From Macrostomum lignano (Eukaryota): 64,000 nucleotides of DNA. Within the stretch, counting starts at the first letter, position 1, and each line of letters begins with the position of its first letter. Position numbers and translations under genes: made by a program. The stretch is taken from positions 186,001 through 250,000 of the forward strand of contig NIVC01000077.1 in assembly GCA_002269645.1 (NCBI GenBank), in the 5' to 3' direction. Shown here piece after piece: positions 44,601 through 59,530 of the stretch. The notes under the pieces were generated by a model. The model was not told the DNA's origin. It made no database searches and saw only the letters and a list, made by a program, of their open reading frames with translations.

Positions 44601-47600
44601 CAGTGCACTATTCTGACACTATCCATCATATCAGTGTACTATCCTGACACTATCCATCAAATCAGTGTACTATCCCGACACTATCCATCATATCAGTGTA
44701 CTATCCTGACTATCCATCATATCAGTGCACTATCCTGACACTATCCATCATATCAGTGTACCATCCTGACTATCCATCATATCAGTGCACTATCCTGACA
44801 CTATCCATCATATCAGTGCACTATCCGACACTACGCTCGTATCCATCATATCAGTGCACTATCCTGACACTATCCATCATATCAGTGTACTATCCTGACA
44901 CTATCCACCATATCAGTGTACTATCCTGACACTATCCATCATATCAGTGCACTATCCTGACACTATCCATCATATCAGTGCACTATCCTGACACTATCCA
45001 TCATATCAGTGTACTATCCTGACACTATCCACCATATCAGTGTACTATCCTGACACTATCCATCATATCAGTGCACTATCCTGACACTATCCATCATATC
45101 AGTGCACTATCCTGACACTATCCATCATATCAGTGCACTATCCTGACACTATCCATCATATCAGTGCACTATCCTGACACTATCCATCATATCAGTGTAC
45201 TATCCTGACACTATCCACCATATCAGTGCACTATCCTGACACTATCCATCATATCAGTGCACTATCCTGACACTATCCATCATATCAGTGTACTATCCTG
45301 ACACTATCCATCATATCAGTGCACTATCCTGACACTATCCACCATATCAGTGCACTATCCCGACACTACCCATCATATCAGTGCACTATCCCGACACTAC
45401 GCTCGTATCCATCATATCAGTGCACTATCCTGACACTATCCACCATATCAGTGTACTATCCTGACACTATCCATCATATCAGTGCACTATCCTGACACTA
45501 TCCATCAAATCAGTGTACTATGCCGACACTATCCATCATATCAGTGTACTATCCTGACACTATCCATCATATCAGTGCACTATCCTGACACTATCCATCA
45601 TATCAGTGCACTATCCTGACACTATCCACCATATCAGTGTACTATCCTGACACTATCCATCAATCAGTGTACTATGCCGACACTATCCATCATATCAGTG
45701 TACTATCCTGACACTATCCATCATATCAGTGTACTATGCCGACACTATCCATCATATCAGTGCACTATCCTGACACTATCCATCATATCAGTGTACTATC
45801 CTGACACTATCCATCATATCAGTGCACTATCCTGACACTATCCATCATATCAGTGCACTATCTGACACTATCCATCATATCAGTGCACTATGCCGACACT
45901 ATCCATCATATCAGTGTACTATCCTGACACTATCCATCATATCAGTGTACTATGCCGACACTATCCATCATATCAGTGCACTATCCTGACACTATCCATC
46001 ATATCAGTGTACTATCCTGACACTATCCATCATATCAGTGCACTATCCTGACACTATCCATCATATCAGTGCACTATCTTGACACTATCCATCATATCAG
46101 TGCACTATGCCGACACTATCCATCATATCAGTGCACTATCCTGACACTATCCATCATATCAGTGTACTATGCCGACACTATCCATCATATCAGTGCACTA
46201 TCCTGACACTATCCATCATATCAGTGCACTATCCTGACACTATCCATCATATCAGTGTACTATGCCGACACTATCCATCATATCAGTGCACTATCCTGAC
46301 ACTATCCATCATATCAGTGCACTATCCTGACACTATCCATCATATCAGTGCACTATCCTGACACTATCCATCATATCAGTGCACTATCCTGACACTATCC
46401 ATCATATCAGTGCACTATTCTGACACTATCCATCATATCAGTGTACTATCCTGACACTATCCATCATATCAGTGTACTATTCTGACACTATCCATCATAT
46501 CAGTGTACTATCCTGACACTATCCATCATATCAGTGCACTATCCTGACACTATCCATCATATCAGTGCACTATCCTGACACTATCCATCATATCAGTGTA
46601 CTATGCCGACACTATCCATCATATCAGTGCACTATCCTGACACTATCCATCATATCAGTGCACTATCCTGACACTATCCATCATATCAGTGCACTATCCG
46701 ACACTACGCTCGTATCCATCATATCAGTGCACTATCCTGACACTATCCATCATATCAGTGTACTATCCTGACACTATCCATCATATCAGTGCACTATCCC
46801 GACACTACGCTCGTATCCATCATATCAGTGCACTATCCTGACACTATCCATCATATCAGTGCCCTATCCTGACACTATCCATCATATCAGTGCACTATCC
46901 TGACACTATCCATCATATCAGTGCACTATTCTGACACTATCCATCATATCAGTGTACTATCCTGACACTATCCATCAAATCAGTGTACTATCCCGACACT
47001 ATCCATCATATCAGTGTACTATCCTGACTATCCATCATATCAGTGCACTATCCTGACACTATCCATCATATCAGTGTACCATCCTGACTATCCATCATAT
47101 CAGTGCACTATCCTGACACTATCCATCATATCAGTGTACTATCCTGACACTATCCATCATATCAGTGCACTATCCTGACACTTCCATCATATCAGTGCAC
47201 TATCTTGACACTATCCATCATATCAGTGCACTATGCCGACACTATCCATCATATCAGTGCACTATCCTGACACTATCCATCATATCAGTGCACTATCCTG
47301 ACACTATCCATCATATCAGTGCACTATCCTGACACTATCCATCATATCAGTGTACTATCCTGACACTATCCATCATATCAGTGTACTATGCCGACACTAT
47401 CCATCATATCAGTGCACTATCCTGACACTATCCATCATATCAGTGCACTATCCTGACACTATCCATCATATCAGTGCACTATCCTGACACTATCCATCAT
47501 ATCAGTGCACTATCTGACACTATCCATCATATCAGTGTACTATCCTGACACTATCCATCATATCAGTGCACTATCCGACACTACGCTCGTATCCATCATA

Positions 47601-50457
47601 TCAGTGCACTATCCTGACACTATCCACCATATCAGTGTACTATCCTGACACTATCCATCATATCAGTGCACTATCCCGACACTACGCTCGTATCCATCAT
47701 ATCAGTGCACTATCCTGACACTATCCATCATATCAGTGCACTATCCTGACACTATCCATCATATCAGTGCACTATCCTGACACTATCCATCATATCAGTG
47801 CACTATTCTGACACTATCCATCATATCAGTGTACTATCCTGACACTATCCATCAAATCAGTGTACTATCCCGACACTATCCATCATATCAGTGTACTATC
47901 CTGACTATCCATCATATCAGTGCACTATCCTGACACTATCCATCATATCAGTGTACCATCCTGACTATCCATCATATCAGTGCACTATCCTGACACTATC
48001 CATCATATCAGTGCACTATCCCGACACTACGCTCGTATCCATCATATCAGTGCACTATCCTGACACTATCCATCATATCAGTGTACTATCCTGACACTAT
48101 CCACCATATCAGTGTACTATCCTGACACTATCCATCATATCAGTGCACTATCCTGACACTATCCATCATATCAGTGCACTATCCTGACACTATCCATCAT
48201 ATCAGTGTACTATCCTGACACTATCCACCATATCAGTGTACTATCCTGACACTATCCATCATATCAGTGCACTATCCTGACACTATCCATCATATCAGTG
48301 CACTATCCTGACACTATCCATCATATCAGTGCACTATCCTGACACTATCCATCATATCAGTGCACTATCCTGACACTATCCATCATATCAGTGTACTATC
48401 CTGACACTATCCACCATATCAGTGCACTATCCTGACACTATCCATCATATCAGTGCACTATCCTGACACTATCCATCATATCAGTGTACTATTCTGACAC
48501 TATCCATCATATCAGTGCACTATCCTGACACTATCCATCATATCAGTGTACTATCCTGACACTATCCATCATATCAGTGCACTATTCTGACACTATCCAC
48601 CATATCAGTGCACTATCCTGACACTATCCATCATATCAGTGCACTATCCTGACACTATCCATCATATCAGTGCACTATCCTGACACTATTCATCATATCA
48701 GTGCACTATCCTGACACTATCCATCATATCAGTGTACTATCCTGACACTATCCACCATATCAGTGCACTATCCTGACACTATCCATCATATCAGTGCACT
48801 ATCCTGACACTATCCATCATATCAGTGTACTATTCTGACACTATCCACCATATCAGTGTACTATCCTGACACTATCCATCATATCAGTGCACTATCCTGA
48901 CACTATCCATCATATCAGTGCACTATCCTGACACTATCCATCATATCAGTGCACTATCCTGACACTATCCATCATATCAGTGTACTATCCTGACACTATC
49001 CACCATATCAGTGCACTATCCTGACACTATCCATCATATCAGTGCACTATCCTGACACTATCCATCATATCAGTGTACTATCCTGACACTATCCATCATA
49101 TCAGTGTACTATTCTGACACTATCCACCATATCAGTGTACTATCCTGACACTATCCATCATATCAGTGCACTATCCTGATACTATCCATCATATCAGTGT
49201 ACTATCCTGACACTATCCATCATATCAGTGTACTATCCTGACACTATCCATCATATCAGTGTACTATCCTGACACTACCCATCATATCAGTGTACTATCC
49301 TGACACTATCCATCATATCAGTGCACTATCCTGACACTATCCATCATATCAGTGTACTATCCTGACACTATCCACCATATCAGTGCACTATCCTGATACT
49401 ATCCATCATATCAGTGTACTATCCTGACACTATCCATCATATCAGTGTACTATGCCGACACTATCCATCATATCAGTGTACTATCCTGACACTATCCATC
49501 ATATCAGTGTACTATCCTGACACTATCCATCATATCAGTGTACTATTCTGACACTATCCACCATATCAGTGCACTATCCTGACACTATCCATCATATCAG
49601 TGCACTATCCTGACACTATCCATCATATCAGTGCACTATGCCGACACTATCCATCATATCAGTGTACTATCTTGACACTATTCATCATATCAGTGCACTA
49701 TCCTGACACTATCCATCATATCAGTGTACTATCCTGACACTATCCATCATATCAGTGCACTATCCTGACACTATCCATCATATCAGTGCACTATCCTGAC
49801 ACTATCCATCATATCAGTGCACTATCCTGACACTATCCATCATATCAGTGCACTATCCTGACACTATCCATCATATCAGTGTACTATCCTGACACTATCC
49901 ACCATATCAGTGCACTATCCTGACACTATTCATCATATCAGTGCACTATCCTGACACTAAAATGTGACGCATCTATCCACCGCCCTTACAGCTCGGACAC
50001 GCACCTGACCAACGCGCTGGAGACTATATGCGAACAGGTGCAGTCATCCTGGGGTCACTCGCCGCACTCCAGCCAGCCAAGTATTCGATCGTTTGTGCCA
50101 TTGACTCGAACTGACGGCCAAGCGGCTGATACGAGCCGCCTGACCAGCGGCTCCTCGGTTGACAACTGGCTGCGCATGCGATGCGAATCGCTGCTGGACG
50201 ATCACGAGGAGGCTACAAAATCCCTGCTGCAGCTCAGCCAGCCCAAGCCGCTGACTATGGATCAGTTTGAACGCCAACTGTGCTTGGAAACCGCTCGGGT
50301 TTGCACTGAGCCACTCATTGCTTTGCCCATTGAAGAGCCGCCAACTTTGCCATCAGCGGCGACAGATGATAAGGAGGCCAAGACCGAAGAGGCAACGGCT
50401 GAATCCGCGTCTGAAGAGGCTGCAGCTCATGATGATTCTGCCAAGACTGAGCTTTAG
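41662..50457 (+). CDS. CNPY2: Canopy-family saposin-like ER protein (CNPY2-like); exons 41662-41936 and 49992-50457
   Basis: Signal peptide, C.AC, GSFRVD..G.Q...VPYAR|SDTHL..LETIC, C-terminal KTEL retention motif. Confidence 0.88.
41998..49959. repeat. 8-kb 31-bp satellite filling the CNPY2 intron, with a ~3.2-kb higher-order period
   Basis: Unit ACTATCCTGACACTATCCATCATATCAGTGC, with 29- and 40-bp variants. Confidence 0.97.
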
Positions 50458-52327
50458 TATACTTTTTTAGTCTAGTTGGCACCGAAAGCGTCCAGTTTAA
50501 TCATACTCGTGGCAAAATGAAAACTTAAAAATTTGACGCTGTAGTACAGAACATCGTCAAAGTAGTCATATTTTGAGCACCTCTGAATCAAGTACAGAGT
50601 ACGAACCTGTATTTGTAAATGATGTAAATGTAAGTGCATATAAATGACGACTGATTCAATACAATAAGTACACCTTAGGTTAACGCCCTCAGTCTGTACC
50701 ACAAGACAGACTGTGGTCTGTATCAGTTTAGTACTAGCGTACATGAACTAGACTGCCTACAATATTCTAATAATTAGTGATGTCATGAATCTTATGCTAA
50801 TATCGCTCTGCAGTCACCGTACGCGTGTTAAAACGAGTAGCGGGGGCTGGTAAATCCTCACTTATGATATGCTGACTACAGCACTGCAGCAGTCTATATT
50901 TTTTTATATTGACCCAAATTTAGAATCTAACAAAATGGTAAGAAATAAATTGATTAAGTTTTAATTATTCAATTTTAATTGCTTTGAACATGGGCATAAT
51001 CAGTATCAAGTAAATTAACAAGCTGCAACTCAAGATGCACCGATTTGAATGGGCTCCAAAATATCATTAGTATAGTAATGAATCGCCTAATCAAGCATCT
51101 CTATCGTATACGTTTCTAATCAAGTTTTCTGCCTTCTCTTTTATTTTGTCTTGCAGTGTTGGTTTTTGCGATTTCCTTTTCTTTTTGTTGCAACAAGAGC
51201 AACAGGATTGGATAGAAATTAATATAATCATTCTGGCTTGACTAACAACGCCTGGTACCGGTAATATAACCAGCGTTGCAATGTTTTTGTCGTTAGTAGT
51301 CGAAATGCGTTCACATGTTTGTTAATTTTTTATTGTTAAGTCAGCTCTTCGTTTTTGCTTTTTATTAATTGCTTCTTTCTTTGTGCCAATTTTCTATAAC
51401 AATACAAAGCATTGCGACCATATTTATTATACTACTGAAAGTAAATATGAAAAACTCATCCTGAATCTACTTGCGCATCTGTTGGAAAACTGGAGTACAC
51501 TGCTTCTAATATTTTATCTCTGTAGTGCTGTACCTTAAAATCTAAAATATATCTATCTTGAAATTTAATTTTATTTATTAGTTGGAAGTGCATAATTTTG
51601 GGTTATTTACTTTTCCCCACATTCCTTACTTTTCCTAACAATACATAGGAATACATACATATATAAGAATACAATACACAATTATATATATATATAATTC
51701 CGCACTCTGCGGGCCTATGTATTCGCTTATTTTTGTTTTGTTTTTAGAAGAAAATCTGTTTGGATAGAGTACTAAGTTCTAGGATGCATTGCACAAACAT
51801 AGATAGGTAGATTCGATACAATCTTCTACAATTCATGTCCCTTCTACAGTGTCCCAAGCTAGTATAAGATAGAAAATCTGTCTCTTTACGTTGAGTTCCA
51901 AGCTCGTATTAAATTACAATGTAAGCAGTGCTTAAGTGCGTTAGTTACTGCCTATCCCTCAACCAATATCAAATTGAGCCATACGTCGATCACAAAGACA
52001 AAAGAGAAGTGCCCCGACACACTTGATAATTGCATGCTGTATACTCGTATACTGGTACTGTGTGCCTCAAAATGTATTGTTTACCTCAAGCATGGTGCTG
52101 AGTTTCATCTTGACACTAATCGCTGTAAAGATCGCTGCAAGTTGTCAACTGCTGCGTACTAGTAATAAGGTCGATCGGGCTCCTGTTACTGCAATGTGGT
52201 TCTCCTCACTTTGTATTAAAAGCAGTAAATTTACACTATGTTGTTTAACCAACTAATTTAGCTTGCAGTTCCTGACCGTTGATTATCGGTGAATTATCAA
52301 TCGGACCATCTCTGGCTGGACAACGCC

Positions 52328-55300
52328 ATGAACTTCGCGGCACTTCTACTGGTGCTAAGGTCAGTCGAGGCCGTCGCGGACTGCCTGCACCGTTTGCCGC
52401 GTCATTCGCCAGCCAGCGGCAGTCTGGGCGTTGATGACGGTTTCAAAACCGGCGGATTCTCTGCTCCGTCCTTAGCCACGTCAATCGAGGGACCAGAGCT
52501 CGCTCGTCGAGAACGCGACGTTGTTGCAATTCAATCAGCTACAACTAATACTCAAATTACTGAGCCTCTTCGAATTCTGGTGCATTATGAACCTTCATTA
52601 GCTGCCGCCACAGATTCGGAGTCTGTCACTCTGCGGAGGCTTGTTGAAGATTCAGTTCTCTATTGGCAATCCGTGTTGTCGGTGCGTTTACGCTTTGGAC
52701 TTCGTGTAAATGTTTCTTAAGGCGATTTCAGCATCTACAGAGGGGCTTAAATTCTCGGCTTAGCGACCGATATTTCGCATCAAGTTAAGGTTTTTTTAGC
52801 TAGAATGAAAACCGTATTTGAAGTTTTCAAAGACAAAGCAACTATCAGAAGATGTGTGGGTTTCCCAACAAAGATTTTTTCCTCTGAACAGATAATTCGA
52901 ACAAAAAAATGAATTCATGTTTTGGATGCATTCCTTACTCTGACGCCACATTCAGCTTTAAAATTTAATAAGCAGAAAAAGGATGTGAACTTAAGCGCGA
53001 TTTGGAAGCCGTGAGTCCAGCAACCAAACCGCTGCGAAATTCTCCCTATTCAGACCCAGAATAGACAAGAAAAGCGTAATTGATCTTTCTTCCACCCCGG
53101 CCGCTTCTGAATGGGATAAATGGGGAAAAATGGGGATTTCATGTGAACTTAAGGCTCTGAAATGGAAGCGGTGGCCGATTGAGCCGGTTTCTCTATCGGA
53201 TCTCTCTACTGGACCGACAATGAGACAAGAATCGTTAAAAACCGCATCTCTCTATCATTTGGTCTCCCTGAATGGGATAAATGGGGAAAATGGGGATTTG
53301 GAGATAGAGACGCAGCGATGATAAATCAAAGTTTCGGTTGATCAACGATCTTCAACCAAGATCAAACAAAACATTGATTTATCGCTGCGTTTCTAGTTAT
53401 ATAATATGGCAGAAGCTCATCTTAGAAATCCCAACGCACAATGCTTGCACAGGTGCGCCACCAGTCGTCGGCACCGCCTGTGGCATTCTGGCTGCCTAGG
53501 CCGTGCAAGTCCAACAAAGTCCGAGTTGTCCGCAGTCCAGTCAACGGTGCCTTCTTGCACTATTGCGCCGACGGGTGCTCCAGTTCCGCTTTCTGCGGCC
53601 ACACCAGCGTGCCGGCCGCTCACCTGGACCTGTGCCGCGAGCTTACCCCGGCCCAAGATGGCGGCCGCCTCCAGCACAGCGGAAGTCGCGGCGCCGGGGT
53701 TCGCTGGCCTTATAACTACGCCCTGTACGTGTCCGCCTACGACACTGTGCGCTGCGGTGGGCCGGACAGTCAGACGCTAGGCTACTCGGCCCACTGCCAG
53801 CTGGATGGCCTGACTGACCGCCCCCTTGCTGGGTACATCAATTTGTGCCGTCGTAGATCAGATAGAGGTCGGTCAACGTCTAGTAGTCGGTTTCTTGTCG
53901 ATCCGGTGAGTGATTTGTTAATGGCTTTAGCAGAGATACTTAAGTGTCTGCTGCTAGAGACCTACGTGCAATAATTATCTGCGGACACAGAGTCAATGCA
54001 GTTTGCTATACTTTCGCATGTCTCCACAACTCAGGCGGAGGCTCAGTACACAGCTAGGCACGAGCTGCTTCACGCTCTGGGTGTCACGGCTACCCTATTC
54101 GCATTTATGCGCCAAGACAACGGCGTCCCGAGAACTCCGCGCAATCCCGCTACTAATATGCCTGCGTTGGGATTAATTGAGGACGACGGAGTAACACTGT
54201 ATCAGTGGGGCAACGATACCGTTATTCAGGTATACCTGTGACTTACTTATTGAAGTCCGTTACTAAGTTTTCCATTAATTGTCCGCTCCGATCAAAAAAG
54301 CTTTGCCTTAACAAACGGCGTAAGGATTAACTCAATGTCAATGATTCTGCGTCGTTCTAGAAGCGTAGCAGACTAACTATCGGGCTACAAAAGGATAATT
54401 CCTATGAAATATCTGTATTTTAATGTACGAATATTTAATTATCATCTTAAATATTTCTCTGGGAGTTGCTGTTTTGATTTTTGATTGGGCTGAAAACACA
54501 ACTTGAAATCAGAGCAATGGATTTTCACAAGCTACCTGATTAGTAGTGCACAGTCAAATTGTATCGATCGTGCTACTGTTTAATCTCATTTAATACCTAA
54601 AGCAAAAAAGAAAAAAATATCAAAACATGCGTCCTTAAGATCTTAAATAAAACTCACTGGTTTAAATGTAGCTTGGTGCTTGGTATTTCTACTGTTACTC
54701 GTACGCTCGTAGATACCATAAAACTGCAGTGCTTTTTTCAAAAAAATACCAAGCCTAAGTCTGATAAAAACATTCTGCTGAGCGAATTTACGAATTCATT
54801 GCAGACCAAAGAGCCTTGGCGTTCCGCACGAGGTGTTTACAACCTAACCAGACACTACGTAGTCACGCCTCGCCTCGTTTCGTTAGTGCGGGCGCACTTT
54901 AACTGTCCCAAAATGCCCGGCTTACCTCTGGAGAATCAGGGCAAACTGGGCTCGGCGCTGACTCACTGGGAGAAGCGTCTTTTGGAAAGCGAACTCATGA
55001 CCGCCGCATATACGGGCTCGTCTGTTGTTTCGGAGTTCACACTTGCCTTCTTAGAAGATACCGGCTGGTGAGAAATACAAAACGAATATTTTTAGTAAAA
55101 AAACTAACTCTTCTACTGATCTACTATAGCATTTTTCAAGCCAATTGAGCCTAGGAGCAAACAATTTAATCCTTAGTGGGAAATTCAAGCTATTGAAGAC
55201 TTGCTTTTCATCGTCTATGGCCGAAAGGGGGTCTGTGGAGCAACCAATTTGAGAATTCGGGCGCGCAATTAATCCTTTCCATAGTTGTGCAAAAGAACAG

Positions 55301-56815
55301 ATTTCATTAGACAGACGAAGAATTTAGCGAGCAGAGCAGTGACGAAAGTTTTGCTACAGCCCAAGATGCAGTGGATGAGCAGATTCCTGCAGGGCAAGAA
55401 CCCTATCGCAAGATAAGCAACGAAAGTACAACCTGATTGTCGCTGCCATCGAGAGGTGATAGTGCTGAGCACATTTCGCGATGGCTGGACGTAAAGAGAA
55501 AAGCTGTGTATTCTATCAGGCGTCGCTATGAAATCACGAAAAATGTCTATGGCAGATTTCCTCGGAGTAGCGTGTAGGATTAGTTATGTCTATGTGCCAA
55601 CTTCATATGACCCTGACCCTCACAATTTTTCTATTTTTAATTTATTCGTCTCCACTGGGATCATGAACCCATGTCAATGACGCGCTCTTTAGACACTGCA
55701 CAGTACATACCTTGAAGATCCGGCTAGAAAAAGGCATGTATAAGAAAGATCTATATAATTTTGACTTGTTTCTAAAACTGTGCAATCTCGAGTAGTTTTT
55801 GACGCAATCAACGCGATTTCATTAGTCATTTTTCCTTCTCCGATCAAAAAAACTTTGCCTTAATAGATTTCATTATTGCATCACTCATTGCAGGTACTCT
55901 GCAAACTATTCAACGGCTCAGCCAATTGCCTGGGGTCGCAATCTAGGCTGCAAGTTTGTCTACAATAGCTGCTACGACTGGATGGTGTCGCATCATCAAT
56001 CGGCCTGGCCTTACTGCAATTTGGCACCGAAGCATACTGGGCCTCGGGGAGACGCCATGCTTCGCACTGGCTGCTCCGATGATCGCCGCTCCAAGCGGTA
56101 CTGCAATCTGGCTGAGCTGTCTAATGAACTACCGCTGGAGTATCAGTACTTTGGCGGCGATGTCAGCATTCAGCAGGCTGGTCTATCTCCGGGAGGTGTG
56201 AAACTTCTAAGCTCAGAATCATTTACTCGCTACGGTGGTACGAGTCGCTTTGCCGACTATTGTCCTTATCCTCAGGCCTACACTACCTTGAGCAAATCCA
56301 CTGATCGCAATTCCGACTGTTTTCGAATTGGCAATCAGCCAGTGGAATCGGCTAATCCCGGCATGGAGCTGTTCGGATCGAAATCCGTATGCCTCATCCA
56401 GCCTGAGCCATTCCAATTGCAGTTCTGTGGTCGCAGGCACGCGGCCGCCACATACGGCAGCGGTTGCTATCCTGTTCGGTGCCCCCCAGCAACCGGCGGC
56501 GCGCCGATTGTCACCTTGGCTGGTGGTAGAGAATTCGCCTGTCCAGTTGGTGGCGGCAAAGTGGATTTTTCTTTATCTGGGAACTACAGCCTGTACTATG
56601 GCAGTTTAGTGTGCCCTCCGTGCGCTCAGCTGTGCTCAAAATATTATAACTGTTCCCCATCAGTGTCGAAACTTCTGCAGCCGCCACGGCTACCGTTGAA
56701 TGGCATCCATCTGGAACCACCATGTCTCTCGTCAAGTGCCGCTCGTCAGACTGTTGGGTTGTTGATTCACCTTGCCAAACTGTTTAGCATATTTTGTATT
56801 TCACTTTTGCAGTGA
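52328..56815 (+). CDS. LMLN: Leishmanolysin-like peptidase/invadolysin (M8); exons 52328-52681, 53453-53905, 54035-54229, 54805-55067, 55894-56815
   Basis: HELLHALG (HExxH), HWEKR, ELMT Met-turn, FLEDTGW|Y, ADYCPY; GT-AG junctions in frame. Confidence 0.92.
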
Positions 56816-57081
56816 GTTTTTTTAACTTTATTGCCTAATGTGCTTGCAAATCGTTTCAAAATACCTTAATAGATCGTGTACTTAATAAAGCATTCTTTTT
56901 TCGAGTTTAAATCAGGAAAGCATAAATCCTATTCTGAGTCTTATTGATACACGTATTCTTATTCCTGTATAAAAATTCTACCGTTTGTTTTTTATATATG
57001 GTTTTTTATTTTATATTTTAGAGAATAGAGGGTCACCATTTTAGCCTGTGACCATGTTTTGTGAACGCTTTCTCTCTAGGA

Positions 57082-57411
57082 CAGGGGTCAGCAAAGTTTT
57101 TTACCTTGAGCACCAGATCGAGAACCTAGCGCATAAATGCGGGTCAGAGGAGAGGAGAGAATAGTGAAGAGAGATGAAATATCAGAGAAAGGAGGGGCGA
57201 GAGGCTAAGCGAGGCGAAAAGAGAGGAGACGAGAGGATGGAAGAGATGAACTAGGAGAGGATGGAGAAAAGAAAATAGGAGAGAAGGGAGGAGATAGGAG
57301 AAGAAAGAGAAAAGTAAAGTGAAAAAGAGGAGATTAGAGAAAAGACAGCTGAGAAATCAACCTAGAGAGGCTTTGTGAGCCGCATGTGACTTGCGGGCCT
57401 GTCGACCCCTG
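57082..57411. mobile_element. hAT (Buster/Charlie-type) MITE
   Basis: CAGGGGTC...GACCCCTG termini; perfect 8-bp TSD CTCTAGGA. Confidence 0.88.
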
Positions 57412-58046
57412 CTCTAGGATCATCGATCGTGGAACTTTAGTCACAAAAGTGGTAGACATAAGTCACATTGGACGTCACATGGCAGCTCGTAAAAAGGTTC
57501 TAAATCTTAAATATTTTCACTGTTAGTGACAGTGAAACATTACAAATGTATGCAATAACTACCACAATGCTACTTGTGTTACATATTTTCTTCAATCTTT
57601 AAGTCAAAGTACTCCTAAAGACTAGATATCGGCTCTATCACTATTCTAAGCATATATATTTAAAACACTTTATTGTAAATTTAATCAATTTCGGCATTTT
57701 CATAGCTCGTACGAGCTATTACTGTTTTTTGTCACCAATTTGTGCAGATTTATAGAGGTTTGATTATGAATAACTCGGCCTTTCTATTTTCCTTCTTTGA
57801 CTAAACTAAACTTCATTTTGTAACGCTTCAACTTGGTGATAATTTATATTAAAAAGGTTTTATACTCATATCATTACAGTTGATACCAGGTATAAATAAA
57901 TTTGCGCAATGGCTTCCTTCTTCAAATATTTTACAACAGCTTCTGGTGTTGACCGTGCCCCCGATTGCCTGAGGGAGGGGGTTACGGAGGTCTGTGATGC
58001 AGCGGCCACCACGCTGAGTACCACTTTCTGTTCTATCTTTTCCGTC

Positions 58047-59455
58047 GGGTCTACGACGTTTGCCTGCGGGACGTTTGCCAGCCGACGTTTGCCTGCTGGA
58101 CGTTTGCCAGCCGACATTTGCCAGCCGACGTTTGCCAGCCGACGTTTGCCAGTGGGACGTTTGCCAGCCGAAGTTTGCCTGCGGGACGTTTGCCAGCCGA
58201 CGTTTGCCAGCCGACATGGGCCAGCCGACATTTGCCAGATGACGTTTGCCAGCGGGACGTTTGCCAGTCGGACGTTTGCCTGCCGGACGTTTGCCAGCCG
58301 ACGTTTGCCAGCCGACGTTTGCCTGCCGGAAGTTTGCCAGCCAAAATTTGCTAGCCAGTCAGTGAAAAATTTGATACTGAAACATTCGCAGTTTAGCGGT
58401 TTGACAAAAACCATTTTTACTCCAACTTTTTGACGGTTATTCGCATGTATACAAGTTTGAATGTGAAAATATTAGATAGATAGATAGGATTTCACTTTAA
58501 ATGTGAAAATATTGTTTACTTTTGACAAGTGTATCGTTTTTCCCAGTTTGAGATGTTTGATTTTTGATGTGCGAAAGAAGACGCGCAGATTACAACGGGA
58601 ATCTCCAGCGATTAAGTTATGAGGCAAACAAAAAAAGCTGCTGAGCGGTAATTCTGGCTCATATATTTCTCAGTTCATTGGGAGATCCAAAAGTAAGCAA
58701 ATTGATTCCAAATCTGTTGTATTACTACTCAAGTAAGCCAGGAAACCTCGATCTCAACGTACATGTGTAGACGAGTCGAATGCGGTACGTTTTTATAGTA
58801 AGCTATATAGCTGAATAGCCAGACAAGCCGCCAGTAGCAAGCTAGTAGGATAGCAAGCGCTAGACACTACGTATGCAAAGCTTAGTCACGCCAAGGACTA
58901 CTACGAGCTAAAGTAGAAGTACGCAGCACTCGAAATCTATGAAAAATGTTTTGAAGGCCATAGGGAGAAAGGAAGTTTACATCTTTTCAGCACAACAATT
59001 GTTATTGCTTTCATACGAGGCAAACCCAATGTTCATCTTTTGATATGTTGTGCCAAAATCGTTGTTAAACTAGATATTAGACGTTAGACTGATGAACTGC
59101 ATAATTTATATATTTTGCTTGCAAACTTGTATACATGCGAATAACCGTCAAAAAGTTGGAGTAAAAACGGTTTTTGTCAAACCGCTAAACTGCGAATATT
59201 TCAGTATCAAATTTTTCACTGACTCGCTTTATATTGGCTAGCAAATTTTATCTGGCAAACTTCCGGCAGGCAAACGTCGGCTGGAAAACGTCCCGCTGGC
59301 AAACGTCGGCTGGCAAACGTCGGCTGGCAAATGTCAGCTGGCGTCCCGCAGGCAAACGTCGGCTGGCAAACGTCCGGCAGGCAAACTTCGGCTGGCAAAC
59401 GTCCCACTGGCAAACGTCGGCTGGCAAACGTCCCGCACGCAAACATCGCTATCCC
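58047..59455. mobile_element. Mutator/foldback-type non-autonomous element with long modular TIRs
   Basis: GGG..CCC ends; 9-bp TSD TTTTCCGTC; inverted arrays of 14-bp ACGTTTGCCAGCCG plus ~130-bp inverted unique arms. Confidence 0.88.
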
Positions 59456-59530
59456 TTTTCCGTCTTACTGGCCTGAACCTGCTGCCTCGGTACCCTTGAC
59501 CATCGACCATCACAAATACAATCCGTAATC

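Noticed and set aside
41998-49959. CRISPR-like array
   Set aside because: Contiguous tandem units with no unique spacers, no cas genes, eukaryotic intron
57849-59528. Cys/Gln-rich ORFs
   Set aside because: By-products of 14-bp repeat arrays in the foldback TIRs
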